From assembly GCA_032718475.1 (NCBI GenBank), contig JAUCBJ010007424.1, forward strand, positions 1-47,327: DNA of 47,327 nt, read 5' to 3'. Position 1 is the first letter of the stretch, and every line of letters begins with the position of its first letter. Below, in pieces: positions 36,396 through 47,327 of the stretch. The translations under genes and the position numbers were made by a program. The stretch comes from Nemertoderma westbladi (Eukaryota; Animalia; Xenacoelomorpha). The notes beneath the pieces are model-generated. The model was not told the origin of the DNA, ran no database searches, and saw only the letters and a list, made by a program, of their open reading frames with translations.

Positions 36396-36520
36396 GGGGG
36401 GGGGGAGTGTCCGCGGGGGGGAAGTGTCTGGGGGGGAAGTGTCCGGGGGGAAAGTGTCCTACTTGAGCGGGGGGGAACTGTCCGGGGGGGAAGTGTCCGG
36501 GGGGGAAGTGTCCGAACACC
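36396..36520. repeat. Short array of G6-7-AAGTGTCC units, likely a DNA-transposon subterminal repeat
   Basis: About 7 units ending ...GAACACC. Confidence 0.75.
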
Positions 36521-36746
36521 CATCTCAACAGACATCAATTCATTTGCCTGTGCCTACCAACGTGTGCTCCATAACATAACATATATTCTTGATTTCCATC
36601 ACCTCTCACCACAATTATTATTAGTAATTAAAAGTTTCAATTCGGTTTGTCTTTCCGTTATCTGGTTATTCAGTGATTGCATTATTAATAAATAAATGTT
36701 TTAAAATATATCTTACGAAATATGGTTAATAATTAAAACTTGTCGC

Positions 36747-36997
36747 TAACATTCTCGCTATGGGGGTTTTAAAGAGTGTTGATTACATTTCTGATGTCAG
36801 TTTTCACGTTTACATAAATCTAGTCTGTCTGTCTGTCGGTCTTTCTGTCAGTCAGTCTGTCAAAACATAAAAGAGAATTCAAATTAACTAACATTCTCGC
36901 TATGGGGGTTTTAAGGGGTGCTGATTTCATTTCTGATGTCAGTTTTCAGGTTTACATAAATCTAGTCTGTCTGTCTGTCGGTCTCTCTGTCAGTCTG
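36747..36997. repeat. Two ~142-bp tandem units with (GTCT)n microsatellite
   Basis: CTAACATTCTCGCTATGGGGGTTTTAA recurs at ~36746 and ~36888. Confidence 0.8.
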
Positions 36998-37171
36998 AAC
37001 TACTGTACTGTGGTTGGCATTACGCCATATACCTAACACTAATAATACAGTCTACAATACAGCCTATCTACAGTACAGAATGGATTTTTTGCCACGAAGA
37101 GCAATAAATGTCATTAATACTCCACCAGTATACCTTCTCCAAGAGCCTTCCAATAAAACATGTATTCCAGC

Positions 37172-37243
37172 ATGACGTCCACTGCACGTCTTCGTGCTGT
37201 CCATTGTGACGTGCAGTGGACGTCATAGGCTCTAAGGGGTTAA
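37172..37243. mobile_element. piggyBac-like terminus with a perfect 19-bp subterminal inverted repeat
   Basis: ATGACGTCCACTGCACGTC (37172-37190) and GACGTGCAGTGGACGTCAT (37208-37226), then GGGG|TTAA. Confidence 0.6.
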
Positions 37244-38112
37244 GCAACACGGTCCCTACTTCGCCCTGTCGACACCCCAGCCATTTTTCACCAATCCTTT
37301 TTTAGAGTTTTTTTAATTTTTTTGGTATTGGTGAAAGTTCTACAACATTAGTAGATATGTTTTTTATGATAGCTAGTGTTTTTTTGCTAGCTAGTATTTT
37401 TTGAAATTATAAAAAATGTGAAAGTCCATGATATTTCAGGTTAAACTGTTGAAGAATATATTATTGACCAAAATAATTTCCAAAAATTACTAGATCGTAA
37501 AAAATACTAGCTATATACCATAAAAAATCTACAAAGGTTCTAGAACATTCACTAATATAAAAAAGCACTCAAAATCACAAAAAAATAAAGGTTAAAAAAC
37601 TCATTCGGGACTCTTTTGCTTAAGGAGTCAAAATTGTAGAAAAAATTCCCGAAGTTTGCGACGTTTGCAAAATTCGCGAAGAATCCGTCAGTTTCTGTGC
37701 CCTAATGGTTTCGTGACGAAACAATAAAATCTTACACACTTAACACACACGAACTAATTTAATGTGGGTATTAGAATGCCTGAATAATTAAATAGAAATT
37801 GAATTAATGAACGCTATTTCAACATGAAATCTACGGAATCAATACACAACACACGCACACTACTTGCATACTACTGTACATACGCATACGCATACTACAT
37901 TGCAACTTATATTTGGCTACCTTTTAGGCCTAATGGGTGACTAATATAATTATTCACCCCTATATATTTGTAGCCTTTTTAGTTTGTGCCTCTAATTGAA
38001 TCAAACATTAAACTAAAATATATGTCACAATATTGGTCTGTCGGTAGCTGGTCAATGAATCTCTCATAAATTTGTTAATTAGTCGCTGCTCAATCATTGA
38101 ACATTTGAACAC

Positions 38113-38499
38113 GTGCTGCTCGAAGACCCCACAACGTGTCCCTCTGACTCACTCAGACTCTCTGTTCCATTACACCACATGACTCACTCACTCCTTTCAC
38201 TCATTTACTTAGGCATTGGTAAAACATTACTCACTTTTTTTATAAGCAAAAACTTTATTACTTCGAAAGATATTTCACCTCTCCTTGAAAATCTCAAGTT
38301 ACCAAATTTCTTTACTAGAAAGCTCCGATCCTTAGACGTTTTACGTTACTGGAAAGCTACAGAATTTCGCAATTTTTTTTCTATAATTTGCGATTTGTTC
38401 ATTTTATTTAAAAGAGGTGGACACAAATTTGACTATTTTAGTGGCATGTTTCTCTACTGTTCTTTATTTATTACTAAACGATCAAGTTCGTCAAAATAA
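38113..38499 (+). pseudogene. CACTA/EnSpm-like transposase fragment
   Basis: LPNFFTRKLRSLDVLRYWKATEFRNF matches the P..F.RK.RSL.....WKATE.R.F motif of animal CMC-EnSpm transposases. Confidence 0.65.
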
Positions 38500-39259
38500 C
38501 TAGCATAATGTCGCTTTCGTTTGGTAACCTTGGGGTGCCAATGTTTTGTCACATTGCATACCGGTCTACCGAGAGCCTGTTAAATAGAATACGACAATCA
38601 GATAACATCATTTTAGGTGCTGTATACAGTACAATATTTGTAAACCTACTGTATCTCACGCATTTTCAGATTTAATCCCCTGTGTAGTAGGGCCCCCTAA
38701 GTAACTGTAGTTTTTGTAGCAGATTGTTCGGTGTTTATACTGTACTGTGTAATATAATAATATAGTAATATAATTAGTATCTAATATTTCGTGCTGTGCT
38801 ATTTCGGTTTTACTATGGGCCCTTGCGGCTTGGAATAATAATAAATATAAATGATTCAGATTATCTAATCACTTTCATACGTAAGAACATAGCTATTTGG
38901 GGCGGCCCTAAACACTGTCTTTGCACATTTTATCGCATTTGCCTAGACAAGTTGAGATGTTTGGTTCCTTGCAGTTCTCGTCGGCTGCTACATTTGAGAG
39001 TGCCTTTTACAGTACCATTTAAAGTGTTTGGTTTCAGGCAGCAGCACTCCACTACTACCCAACCCTTTCTTATTACTCACCAAGGAGAAACCAGGTTGTA
39101 CCCCGTGGCGTCGCATCATCACCATGCGCCCCCCGACAAATTTTGCCTGCGTCCCATAATAGTGCGTTAAAAAGAGAAATTGTAATACAAGTCGTACTGC
39201 AAGATTAGGCTTGTGCGACCCCCCCCCCCCCCCCCGCCCCCTCCTCCCCTATTATATTA

Positions 39260-40075
39260 AAAGTAACACAATCTGAATTTCGTAGAAAAATATCTGAGAT
39301 ATGGGAGTTCGATAGTTGCAGGTTTTTTTTATCTGCACGAGGCTATTGATTGATTGATTGATTTCATTTCAACATAATAAGGAGCGATAGACCCAACACC
39401 AACATAATACTGTAACAAACACAAGATACAATAGATTGATTTACAATATTTATGGTGTGAATTCGAATTCGTGTGAGCTCCACAGCTCCACATAGTAACT
39501 AGTGCCACTAGTTGGTGGGTATCACGCGAATACTCGAAATAGTGTGCTGGACAGCCCCGCGTCCATAAGCAACTTAACCTATAAAATGAGTGACAATTTT
39601 TATACATAATGACCCGGACCCATAAAGTTAAATCTACAGTAAGACAATCTTACTGTAAGAAATTGCATAGAAGGCAAATAGAGAAAAAATAATAACGACG
39701 AAGACCACCTTGAATTTTGGATTCCAAATTTTATTCAAATAATATATTCTGTGTATGTACAGTATATGGACCATAGTTACTTTATTAGGCCTATAGATTG
39801 TTGCAACCTACTGTAGGAGCTATTTAATCCCATGAAATAAATACACCATATTCTGGAACTTTTTGTTTATGTATGAATAGCTTCATAATAGAATGAGTAA
39901 AGAGGTATTTAAAATCATTGTTGCCCAGCTACGAATAGAAAAAACAAAATGTTCCAGAATATGGTGTTTTTATTTAAATTGCGCGCAGTGACAAAACCAT
40001 GCAATTTTTGAATGCAGCTACAGTATTCTACTGTACGACTAAATTCAGACTGTGATACTTGGAATCCTTGCATGA
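39260..40075. mobile_element. Degenerate MITE related to 22051-22804, interrupted by a minus-strand LINE 3' tail (~39345-39750)
   Basis: GTAACACAATCTGAATT...GAGATATG (~39263) and AATTCAGACTGTGATACTTGGAATCCTTGCATGA (~40043) match the MITE arms; internal inverted repeat ~39840-39975; (ATTG)n tail at ~39345. Confidence 0.55.
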
Positions 40076-40575
40076 TTATCGTAACATCGCATGCAGCGAT
40101 TATCGCATGCAGCGTAACATAATTATCAGGCGAAATTTTGCGAAAAGAATTCTGAAGCGCTAGGTGGCACTGAAAATTTAGACTAATTTTTTAGATTTCT
40201 TATAAATATTATTATAAATAGTATTAAATTTTATTAAGAAAAAATTTCAAAAAGTTGTCTGATACTTTTATGCCGGATGGCTATGTAAACACACATAAAT
40301 TTTCAGACTAATGGCACCACAAAAATTGTAGAAGTAATAGGGTTTTGATTTTTAAAATTTCATTAAAAAAATATTTGGAGATAATCGAACTTTCATTATA
40401 CCGTACATACAGTAGTAATAGTAATTTCCAAGGTCTCCCTCCCTAAATGGAAATTGTTACGTATAACTTGAAAACTAAAAGACCTATTAAATAGCGGTTT
40501 TCAGAAACACCAAAAACATACAGCATGATCGATCATAAAAATAATTTCGTAATATTTGGACCAAGATTGTGTCCC

Positions 40576-40615
40576 TAGGGATGCGACAGAGCTAAAATTT
40601 CATCCGGAGCCGGAG
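40576..40615 (+). mobile_element. Possible hAT-like terminus into which the BEL/Pao element inserted
   Basis: TAGGGATGC start and CCGGAG repeats cut off at the LTR start. Confidence 0.3.
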
Positions 40616-41838
40616 TGTAAAAGCCTTTGCTGAATTGCCCCGTTATTTTTATTATCTTTTACATTAAAATACTCTGTAGTTGATTTAATAGGTGTAAGAG
40701 ACCGTATTATTGCTGTATCGGTGTTTTTAGAGGATCTAAGAGCTATTTCCTCCGTATGTGTACTGTGAAAGGCATAGTTGATGATTCTATGGCAATTCGT
40801 GACGCAATAGGTGATAGCTACTCTTGAACAGTAGTTACTATGACTACGGTTAACAGCTGATATTCATACGTGTTGATTTTCTTTGTTCTACGGCGTCTCT
40901 CAGTTCAGTCAGCCAATCAGAGCGTTTTTATGGCTCTTGTACAGAAATTTCCGAGAAATCACGTAATGCTTTATGTGCAGTGTTTACATTCTGTCCTGAG
41001 CCAGGAGAGAGCGGCTTGGAAACATTTTGTGCTTTTCTGTTTTAGTCTAACACTAGTAGGCTTAATTATAAGGACATATATCCGTTATCTGATGTCTGAT
41101 CACTGATGAACTAAACATAACTGACTGATGATCTGCATGTACCACATACCTGTGCATACGTTTATATTGTTATACTGCTATTTACTGTCGGTTCTTCATA
41201 ATATGGTTGATGAATTATTATATTTGGAATAACGATAAATAACCCCGAAAACCCAATATTCTTGATATACCGAAGGTAAGAGAGAAAGGTTACATATAAC
41301 GATTGTGACTTATGTTAAAGTGGTTTGAAGTGAATCTAATGTTATTTGATAGACCCTACATGAGTCGGTCCGTGTTCCTTTTATATGTGGCTAAAATCAG
41401 TGAAGATCGGCAGATCAGTGTGCAGTATTGTGCAGCAATGTGTATGAGTGAGTCTGATAACGAAGCATTTCCTAAAGAATGCGCCATATATGTGAATTAT
41501 AACTAAGCCATATCGTTGTGAGTAGTTTAAGTCATAACTCTGTTTATATAGATAGAGCGCCACGTCCTAAAGGAACTGTTAATATTCCCCGAAGGTGAAT
41601 AATATTGTCAGAGATTATATAATACTGTCAGTCGAATAATACATTAAGCTTACATAGCAATAAGATTAAGCCGTCAAACCCAATCTCCCGGGTATATCCA
41701 GCGGGTGAATGATCGCGCACAGATTGGTTTCGACTAGTGTAGTGAATTAAATACTTGTCATAGGCTAAAAGTGATTTATTATCTAGAAGACATCCTAATT
41801 TGGCGGGTTAAACTGCCAAAGGTCTGAAAGCGCGAACA
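40616..41838 (+). repeat. 5' LTR (1223 bp)
   Basis: TGTAAAAGC...GCGCGAACA; both boundaries defined by homology to 4172-5449; conserved AGCCAATCAG CCAAT box at ~40911. Confidence 0.85.
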
Positions 41839-42244
41839 ATGACGGATATAGCTTCTTTATTGCAGTAAGCAATAAAGTTGAAAGTACCGGTCAACCGGTA
41901 AACCTGAACGGTACATCTGTAGGTCAGTAGGCCCAACTGCCAGAACCGGTACTGCTGTAGGCCCGTAGGTCCAACTGCCAGAACCGGTACTTCTGTAGGT
42001 CCGTAGGCCTAACTGTCCTAACCGGTACTTCCCGTATAAGTACATTAGTATTATTCGATTTGATTGTTGTATACCGGTAGGCTGTTTAAGAGATTAGGGA
42101 CTGTACACCCCTTGTTTCTTTTGGAGCTTACTTATTTCTGTCAGTTTTATTTGTTTGTAGGCCAGTATTGAACAGAAGGCGTGTAAGCCTGATCAGATTG
42201 TGCAGACAATTTGTAGGTTGAACTGTTGTCTGATTGCTGTTAAG

Positions 42245-42780
42245 TCTGAACGGATTGCAGTGTGTGTAGATCACCTGTCCGATAAAGAACGGTTAGGAAG
42301 TAGGGGCAGCCAATGCTGTAAGGTAAACCCCCAACTAAAGAATAAGTCGTACTACTGGGTTAGAACGCATACTACCTAATCATTTCGGAGTCTGCATGTC
42401 CTGTAGTTTATTTAGGCTTGAGAGTAGTCTGCCATCGTTTAGTCTGTACTTTGTTTGTGTAGTCTGTACAGGTAGCGTATAATATTTATTTAGATAATTT
42501 GTAGGCTGGATAGTTGTCTGGCTGTTATTAGGTCTGAACGGATTGCAGTGTGTGTAGAGCCTCTGTCCGATAAAGAACGGTTAGGAAGTAGGGGCAGCCA
42601 ATGCTGTAAGGTAAACCCCCAACTAAAGAATAAGTCGTACTACTGGGTTAGAACGCATACTACCTAATCATTTCGGAGTCTGCATGTCCTGTAGTTTATT
42701 TAGGCTTGATAGTAGTCTGTCAGTGTTTGGTCTGCATTTTGTTTGAGTGGTTTGTACGCGTAGCGTAATATTTATTATTC
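42245..42780 (+). repeat. 288-bp-period direct duplication in the retrotransposon leader
   Basis: TCTGAACGGATTGCAGTGTGTGTAGA...TTTAGGCTTGA starts at 42245 and again at 42533, nearly identical. Confidence 0.9.
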
Positions 42781-44085
42781 AGAGTTTATGCGATTATTGG
42801 CAACATTCATTCCCCAAGTTTGTTCCTACAATAATTGTGTTTGTTATACATACCGCTATAGTTAAATTAACCCCGGTACTACACGGGCTGCTTGGCGTAG
42901 GTAAAGACTGGTGATTTTGTGCACCGGTCACTCCAGCAGATGCCGTGGTTCTTTTAGCTGTTCAAGTATATTTAACTACTGATTATATGTTGTACAAGTA
43001 CTCGTACCTAATTTAGGGTTTAGTGTACAGTGCTTTCCGAAAGTAATTAGTGTAGACATTATATTTGTGTTGTAAAGTGGTTGATAGGCACGTTCGATTA
43101 GCTCTATTAACTTCTAGGTAGGAACACTCCGTGATACATAACGTAGTACCTATAGCGATACGGCTATAGGTCGTCAGGCGGTGGTATTTTCCTATCTGGA
43201 CAACGCAGTGTATTTTACTACTACTTATTATTTTCAAATACCGTAGTACCCTGTCCGTTGTAATAACCAGATTCTAACCCTTTGTTAGACTGGTTTGTAG
43301 ACTTCTTGTAAAATTACCCTGAAAATTCGTATTTTGTGTTTTTGTAAATTTTTGTGTTTATTTAGAGATTGTAATCTCACCCGAATTGTACGTAATTTGT
43401 AGTATTAAGTAACTTAGGTAAATTAGAATTATTTGTTTTAGTGTCCTATAAGTAACACTTCACTGAAAGCGTACCGCTTTGTGTAGTGATTACCCCAGAA
43501 ATAATAACATTTATTTCAAATACTGACTAAACCCATTAAAACGGGTATATATATATTATAAATCAAATCTAACGATTTATAAATAGTAGGCCTACCATAC
43601 AACCATTAGGTCTCAATATCAGTTGGATTACTGCTCAAAAAACGGTAATAAAGTAAGTAAAGTAACCAAGTAACCCTAAAATTCAGAAATTCAATTATTT
43701 AAAATAATTGATATACCGGTATTTACGATAGGCCTATTATCTTTATTTCTATAAATTTAGGCTGAAATTATACCGGTACTTGTAATTAATTCTAGTCCAG
43801 AATTATATATACTACAAACTGTAAGCTGTATACCGGTATTCCCGATAGGCCTATTATATATTTATATATATTTGTGCTAAAATTATACTGGTATTCTGTG
43901 ATAAACCTAGTCTGTAATAATAGTTATATATACTATAAGCATACCGGTATTCTAATATATTATATATATCACGCTACACTGAGTAGCAGTATCGCTAATT
44001 AATTACTAGGCTAGCAGTTAATACTGAATTACTAGACTTGCTTAGACTGTAATATAGCAGTAGGCATTCAACTGTATCCATAAAC

Positions 44086-47000
44086 ATGTCTGATACTAAG
44101 CAGAACCTGTCAGATAGTTTATTAGATGTAACTATCTGCGACTCAGATAGAGACGTAGAACCGTCTAGTCGTAAGTTCAGTTCACCTCCCACTGTGAGGA
44201 AGGTCATCCCTCCAGTAGTAATAACGGAACCTAGGCTGGTCCAACATCGTAGGTCTATCATAGGCACTCGAGCTCAGGTCAAACGGGACCAAGAAGCAGC
44301 AGAACAGCAACAACCCGCGAGCCAAGAACTTACTTCTCAACGGCCCAACAGCTCCAGTAGTGAGGATACTGTAGAACTGACACCAGAACGCGGAGCAAAG
44401 ATGATGGATGCGGTTTATTCGGATCCCCTTCTCATCCTTCCTGCAGCCGTACTCACTAGGTTATTGATTGCGGTGGAAGAACACCAGATCGATTGGGCGA
44501 GAAGTAAGCGATCAACTAAAGATAGTTATGAGGGATACACAAGGGAAGAACTGAAGTCTATGGTCGAGTCGCAATGGAACTTCCCCGGACCCGGACTCCC
44601 GTTTGATTTATCAGAAGCTGCCTGGGAAGACATACACCGGATGGGAGTAGCCAAGGAAACCATCGATCCAGCTGTGTGGAAGAGGTCCGCAGCCGGATAC
44701 GCACAGGGATTCTTCAGCTCTATGGAGCGAGTAAAAGGACAACTGTTTCAACAACCACAAGGACCTCAAGAGCAGGGACAACTGCTTTATCAAGTTAGAG
44801 AAAGAATTCTACGAATCAGGCTAATATTATCGGCCTTTGAGGAGGCTTCTAAACGAAGGCAAGACACGTCGTTGCAAGTTGCCGTAAAGGCTTGGTTTCA
44901 AAGGGTGAGTCTCCAGGTTCAAGGAACAGCTCAGTGGAAAGCTCAGCTGGAGGAGCGCTCAACCCATGGAGAATCAACAGACGCTACTTTTTCCCAAGTG
45001 GAAAGTGAAGCGACGGCAGAGAAACCGCATAAGAGGGATGCCATTGACATCTATCTGTCAGACTATCAACGTTTTTTAGGGGATGACGAGTTGAGGAGAA
45101 GGTTAGAGGGACTTAGCCCTAATAGTGAAGGAACCAAGCTTGTGTTGGATGCCATCGATGTGGAAATGAGGGCTGTGAATCAGGCTAAATTTGATGATCA
45201 ACTCCGCCTGACACGAGTCCAAGAAGAAAAAGTAAAGAAAAAACGTATAGAAGACAGAAAGAAAGCAGCAGTCGCAGCTGCCGAAGCGGAAAGGAAAGCA
45301 GCCGAAGAGGAAAGTAAAGCAGCCGAGATGGAAAGAAAAGCGGCAGCGACAGCAGCAGAGGCAAAAGCGGCAGCGACAGCGGCAGAGGCGGAAGCGAAAA
45401 GAAAAGCAGCCGAAATGAAAAGAAAAGCGGAAATGGCAGTGGCAGAAGCAGAACGTAGAGCGGCGGAAGAAATCACCCAATTAGAATTGGAAAACATTCA
45501 GGAGAATCAAGACTGCATAAATAAACAGTTAACAGCTAGTAATATGCAGATGATGAATCGATCTACTCCCAAAAGACAGGGATATACATCATCTGAGGAA
45601 GGCGATACCACCGATACTGAAGGCAAAGGAAATAGATCTCGTCTAAGCAGACGTAAAAGAACATTCCACCGTCAGAAATTGCCTGATTTGCCTCCAGCTG
45701 TTAGAAGGCAACTAAATAACACCAACTTAGGTAGTACAGAACCCACAGACCAAACAATTAAAATAGAAAGACTCCCTACTATAGTAGATGAGCCTGAAAT
45801 AATTAGGCCTGTTCTTGAAATCACCCCTTCGGTGATAGACACACCTGTGCTCCCTGAAACTACCTCTAAATTCCCTCTGCATAGCACTAAGCTACCTGTG
45901 CCCCGTAGAACTGCCCAGGAGACAGTTCAGGTCCTGGACCCCGAGCGAAATATTCATGATTTGTCGCCCGTTGTCCCTCGTCCGCCCGCTACAACGTTGG
46001 CGACTCCCGCTTCGGCGGTCGAATGGGTGGACGAGAGACGACGGGGGATGGATCTCCTGCTCGGACAGATGCAGGAGACTGTTCGACAATTCAAAGGCAC
46101 AGTAAGGGAAAGTAGGCTAGAGTTGCAAGAAGTGCAGCAAAGTATCGCGCTAGAACGCGATAAATTAGTAAATACCCAAAAGGGTATACCACCACCCTCT
46201 GTAACAATGTGTCAACCTGTTAGGTCTGAAGTATCGCATGCGCAAGGTGTGGAGCCTACACGCATCTATACTGCTAGCGAAGTAGAAACTCCTATAGTGA
46301 ACCCTATTAAGGGTAATTATAGAACTGTTGATAATGATATTCCATATAGAACGGATCATAATCCGAGAAATTTATATACCGATAACTCGATATTAAATAA
46401 CGCGATGGCCCAAGAAAGTTTTACGCGTCAAATGGCTAGAACCGAAGCCCGGCAAGCGGTAAAGGTGGGAGAGATCGTCAAGTTCAATGGAGATGAGATG
46501 AAATGGTTACCTTTTAATGAATATTACAAAGATAACATACAGAACTCTGTGCTATCTAATGGAGAGAAACTTAGATTCCTCATCGAGTGTTTGGAAGGAT
46601 CTCCCAAGTTAATGGCGTTAAAGTTTATTGGACATCCAGACGGATTAAGACAAGTTTGGGATACACTTAACATCAGGTATGGTAATATGAATAACATAGC
46701 TGGGTATTTGTATGCAAAGTTGGTAGCGCCCCGAAAGTTTATTAGCAGCGGAATTATAGAATTTTCCGATGAGATTCAGGAGATCTGCAGACAATTAGAT
46801 TGGCTAGGTAAGTCTCATGAGTATCAGAACACTATGGTTATTAGAGCAGTAGCTTCTACTTTACCGAAGGGTGGAGTAGGTACACGCTGGGATAAGAAAG
46901 TGTTATATATGATGGAACAACAACGAAGAGACCCTACCATGGCTGATCTCATGTCATTCCTAGATGGAGAAGTGAAATTACAGCTCCTGAAACTGTCCAG

Positions 47001-47327
47001 AGAGAAGACGCCGGAAAGCAAGGTAAGTGAAAAACCCGTCGCTAGGAGAAAGGTAACACCAGTGTGTTATACAGACGACAGCGAAAGCCAGACTTCTCAA
47101 GGAGAAGATAGCGGAAAAGACACTGAAAGATCTTATTATGTCAATAAAACACCTAACGAACAGGGAAGTAAATTTAAGTCTCGATCCAATGACAAGAGAG
47201 AACAGGTGAGAAAAACTCCTCCTACGTCTCCCAAGCGAATTCAGGTGAGAAAGCCCGAAGAAAGAACGAGAGTGCACTCTGTCACTCAAAATAAGGTAAG
47301 TAACATCAAACCGAAATGTGCGCTGTG
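44086..47327 (+). CDS. gag: BEL/Pao Gag(-Pol) polyprotein, partial (>1080 aa, no stop in window, so absent from the ORF track)
   Basis: ATG at 44086 (MSDTKQNL...); no stop seen in the parts I translated. At ~46474 IVKFNGDEMKWLPFNEYY...LSNGEKLRFLIECLEG...VWDTLNIRYGN matches the Pao gag DUF1759 pattern; ends KPKCAL, the likely start of the zinc knuckles. Confidence 0.9.
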   Translation, partial: MSDTKQNLSDSLLDVTICDSDRDVEPSSRKFSSPPTVRKVIPPVVITEPRLVQHRRSIIGTRAQVKRDQEAAEQQQPASQELTSQRPNSSSSEDTVELTPERGAKMMDAVYSDPLLILPAAVLTRLLIAVEEHQIDWARSKRSTKDSYEGYTREELKSMVESQWNFPGPGLPFDLSEAAWEDIHRMGVAKETIDPAVWKRSAAGYAQGFFSSMERVKGQLFQQPQGPQEQGQLLYQVRERILRIRLILSAFEEASKRRQDTSLQVAVKAWFQRVSLQVQGTAQWKAQLEERSTHGESTDATFSQVESEATAEKPHKRDAIDIYLSDYQRFLGDDELRRRLEGLSPNSEGTKLVLDAIDVEMRAVNQAKFDDQLRLTRVQEEKVKKKRIEDRKKAAVAAAEAERKAAEEESKAAEMERKAAATAAEAKAAATAAEAEAKRKAAEMKRKAEMAVAEAERRAAEEITQLELENIQENQDCINKQLTASNMQMMNRSTPKRQGYTSSEEGDTTDTEGKGNRSRLSRRKRTFHRQKLPDLPPAVRRQLNNTNLGSTEPTDQTIKIERLPTIVDEPEIIRPVLEITPSVIDTPVLPETTSKFPLHSTKLPVPRRTAQETVQVLDPERNIHDLSPVVPRPPATTLATPASAVEWVDERRRGMDLLLGQMQETVRQFKGTVRESRLELQEVQQSIALERDKLVNTQKGIPPPSVTMCQPVRSEVSHAQGVEPTRIYTASEVETPIVNPIKGNYRTVDNDIPYRTDHNPRNLYTDNSILNNAMAQESFTRQMARTEARQAVKVGEIVKFNGDEMKWLPFNEYYKDNIQNSVLSNGEKLRFLIECLEGSPKLMALKFIGHPDGLRQVWDTLNIRYGNMNNIAGYLYAKLVAPRKFISSGIIEFSDEIQEICRQLDWLGKSHEYQNTMVIRAVASTLPKGGVGTRWDKKVLYMMEQQRRDPTMADLMSFLDGEVKLQLLKLSREKTPESKVSEKPVARRKVTPVCYTDDSESQTSQGEDSGKDTERSYYVNKTPNEQGSKFKSRSNDKREQVRKTPPTSPKRIQVRKPEERTRVHSVTQNKVSNIKPKCAL

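Larger units (their letters stand above)
40616..47327 (+). mobile_element. BEL/Pao LTR retrotransposon, 5' portion (LTR, 2.2-kb leader, intact gag running off the window)
   Basis: 5' LTR followed by a repeat-rich leader and an uninterrupted ORF containing a Pao gag (DUF1759-like) domain. Confidence 0.9.

Noticed and set aside
41100-41135. Two CTGATGA hammerhead core words in the right LTR
   Set aside because: No correctly placed GAAA or stems, and absent from the left LTR.
41600-41645. GTCAGAGATTATA resembling the group I intron R element
   Set aside because: No matching S element or P7 pairing; the bases fit simple local hairpins.
41815-41830. 16-nt identity (GCCAAAGGTCTGAAAG) between the LTR end and the 315-bp HINE unit
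   Set aside because: One such match is plausible by chance in 47 kb, and the left LTR lacks it.
43995-47289. Series of minus-strand ORFs
   Set aside because: Antisense shadows of the long plus-strand gag ORF.

Overview
AT-rich, repeat-dense eukaryotic (probably invertebrate) genomic DNA. Host genes are an intronless TRIM-type RING/B-box/coiled-coil gene (7390-9414 +), an intronless calmodulin-like EF-hand gene with an N-terminal extension (23062-23673 +), and a five-exon 14-3-3 gene (33245-28370 -) whose last intron is almost entirely a 15-bp minisatellite. The rest is mobile DNA: three BEL/Pao-type LTR-retrotransposon pieces, a CR1-group LINE and LINE tails nested in an 18-bp minisatellite, Helentron-like non-autonomous elements, MITEs and other tandem arrays. 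The most interesting signal is a pair of related but diverged ~1.25-kb LTRs (4172-5449, 40616-41838). Their 3' ~800 nt show several compensatory base-pair changes, indicating a conserved RNA fold. The BEL/Pao element at the right end has no tRNA primer-binding site; instead the 12 nt right after its 5' LTR are complementary to a segment inside its own LTR, suggesting self-primed reverse transcription. The related left element carries a decayed extra gene with three CCHC-type fingers just before its 3' LTR. All alignments and folds were done by eye and need computational confirmation.
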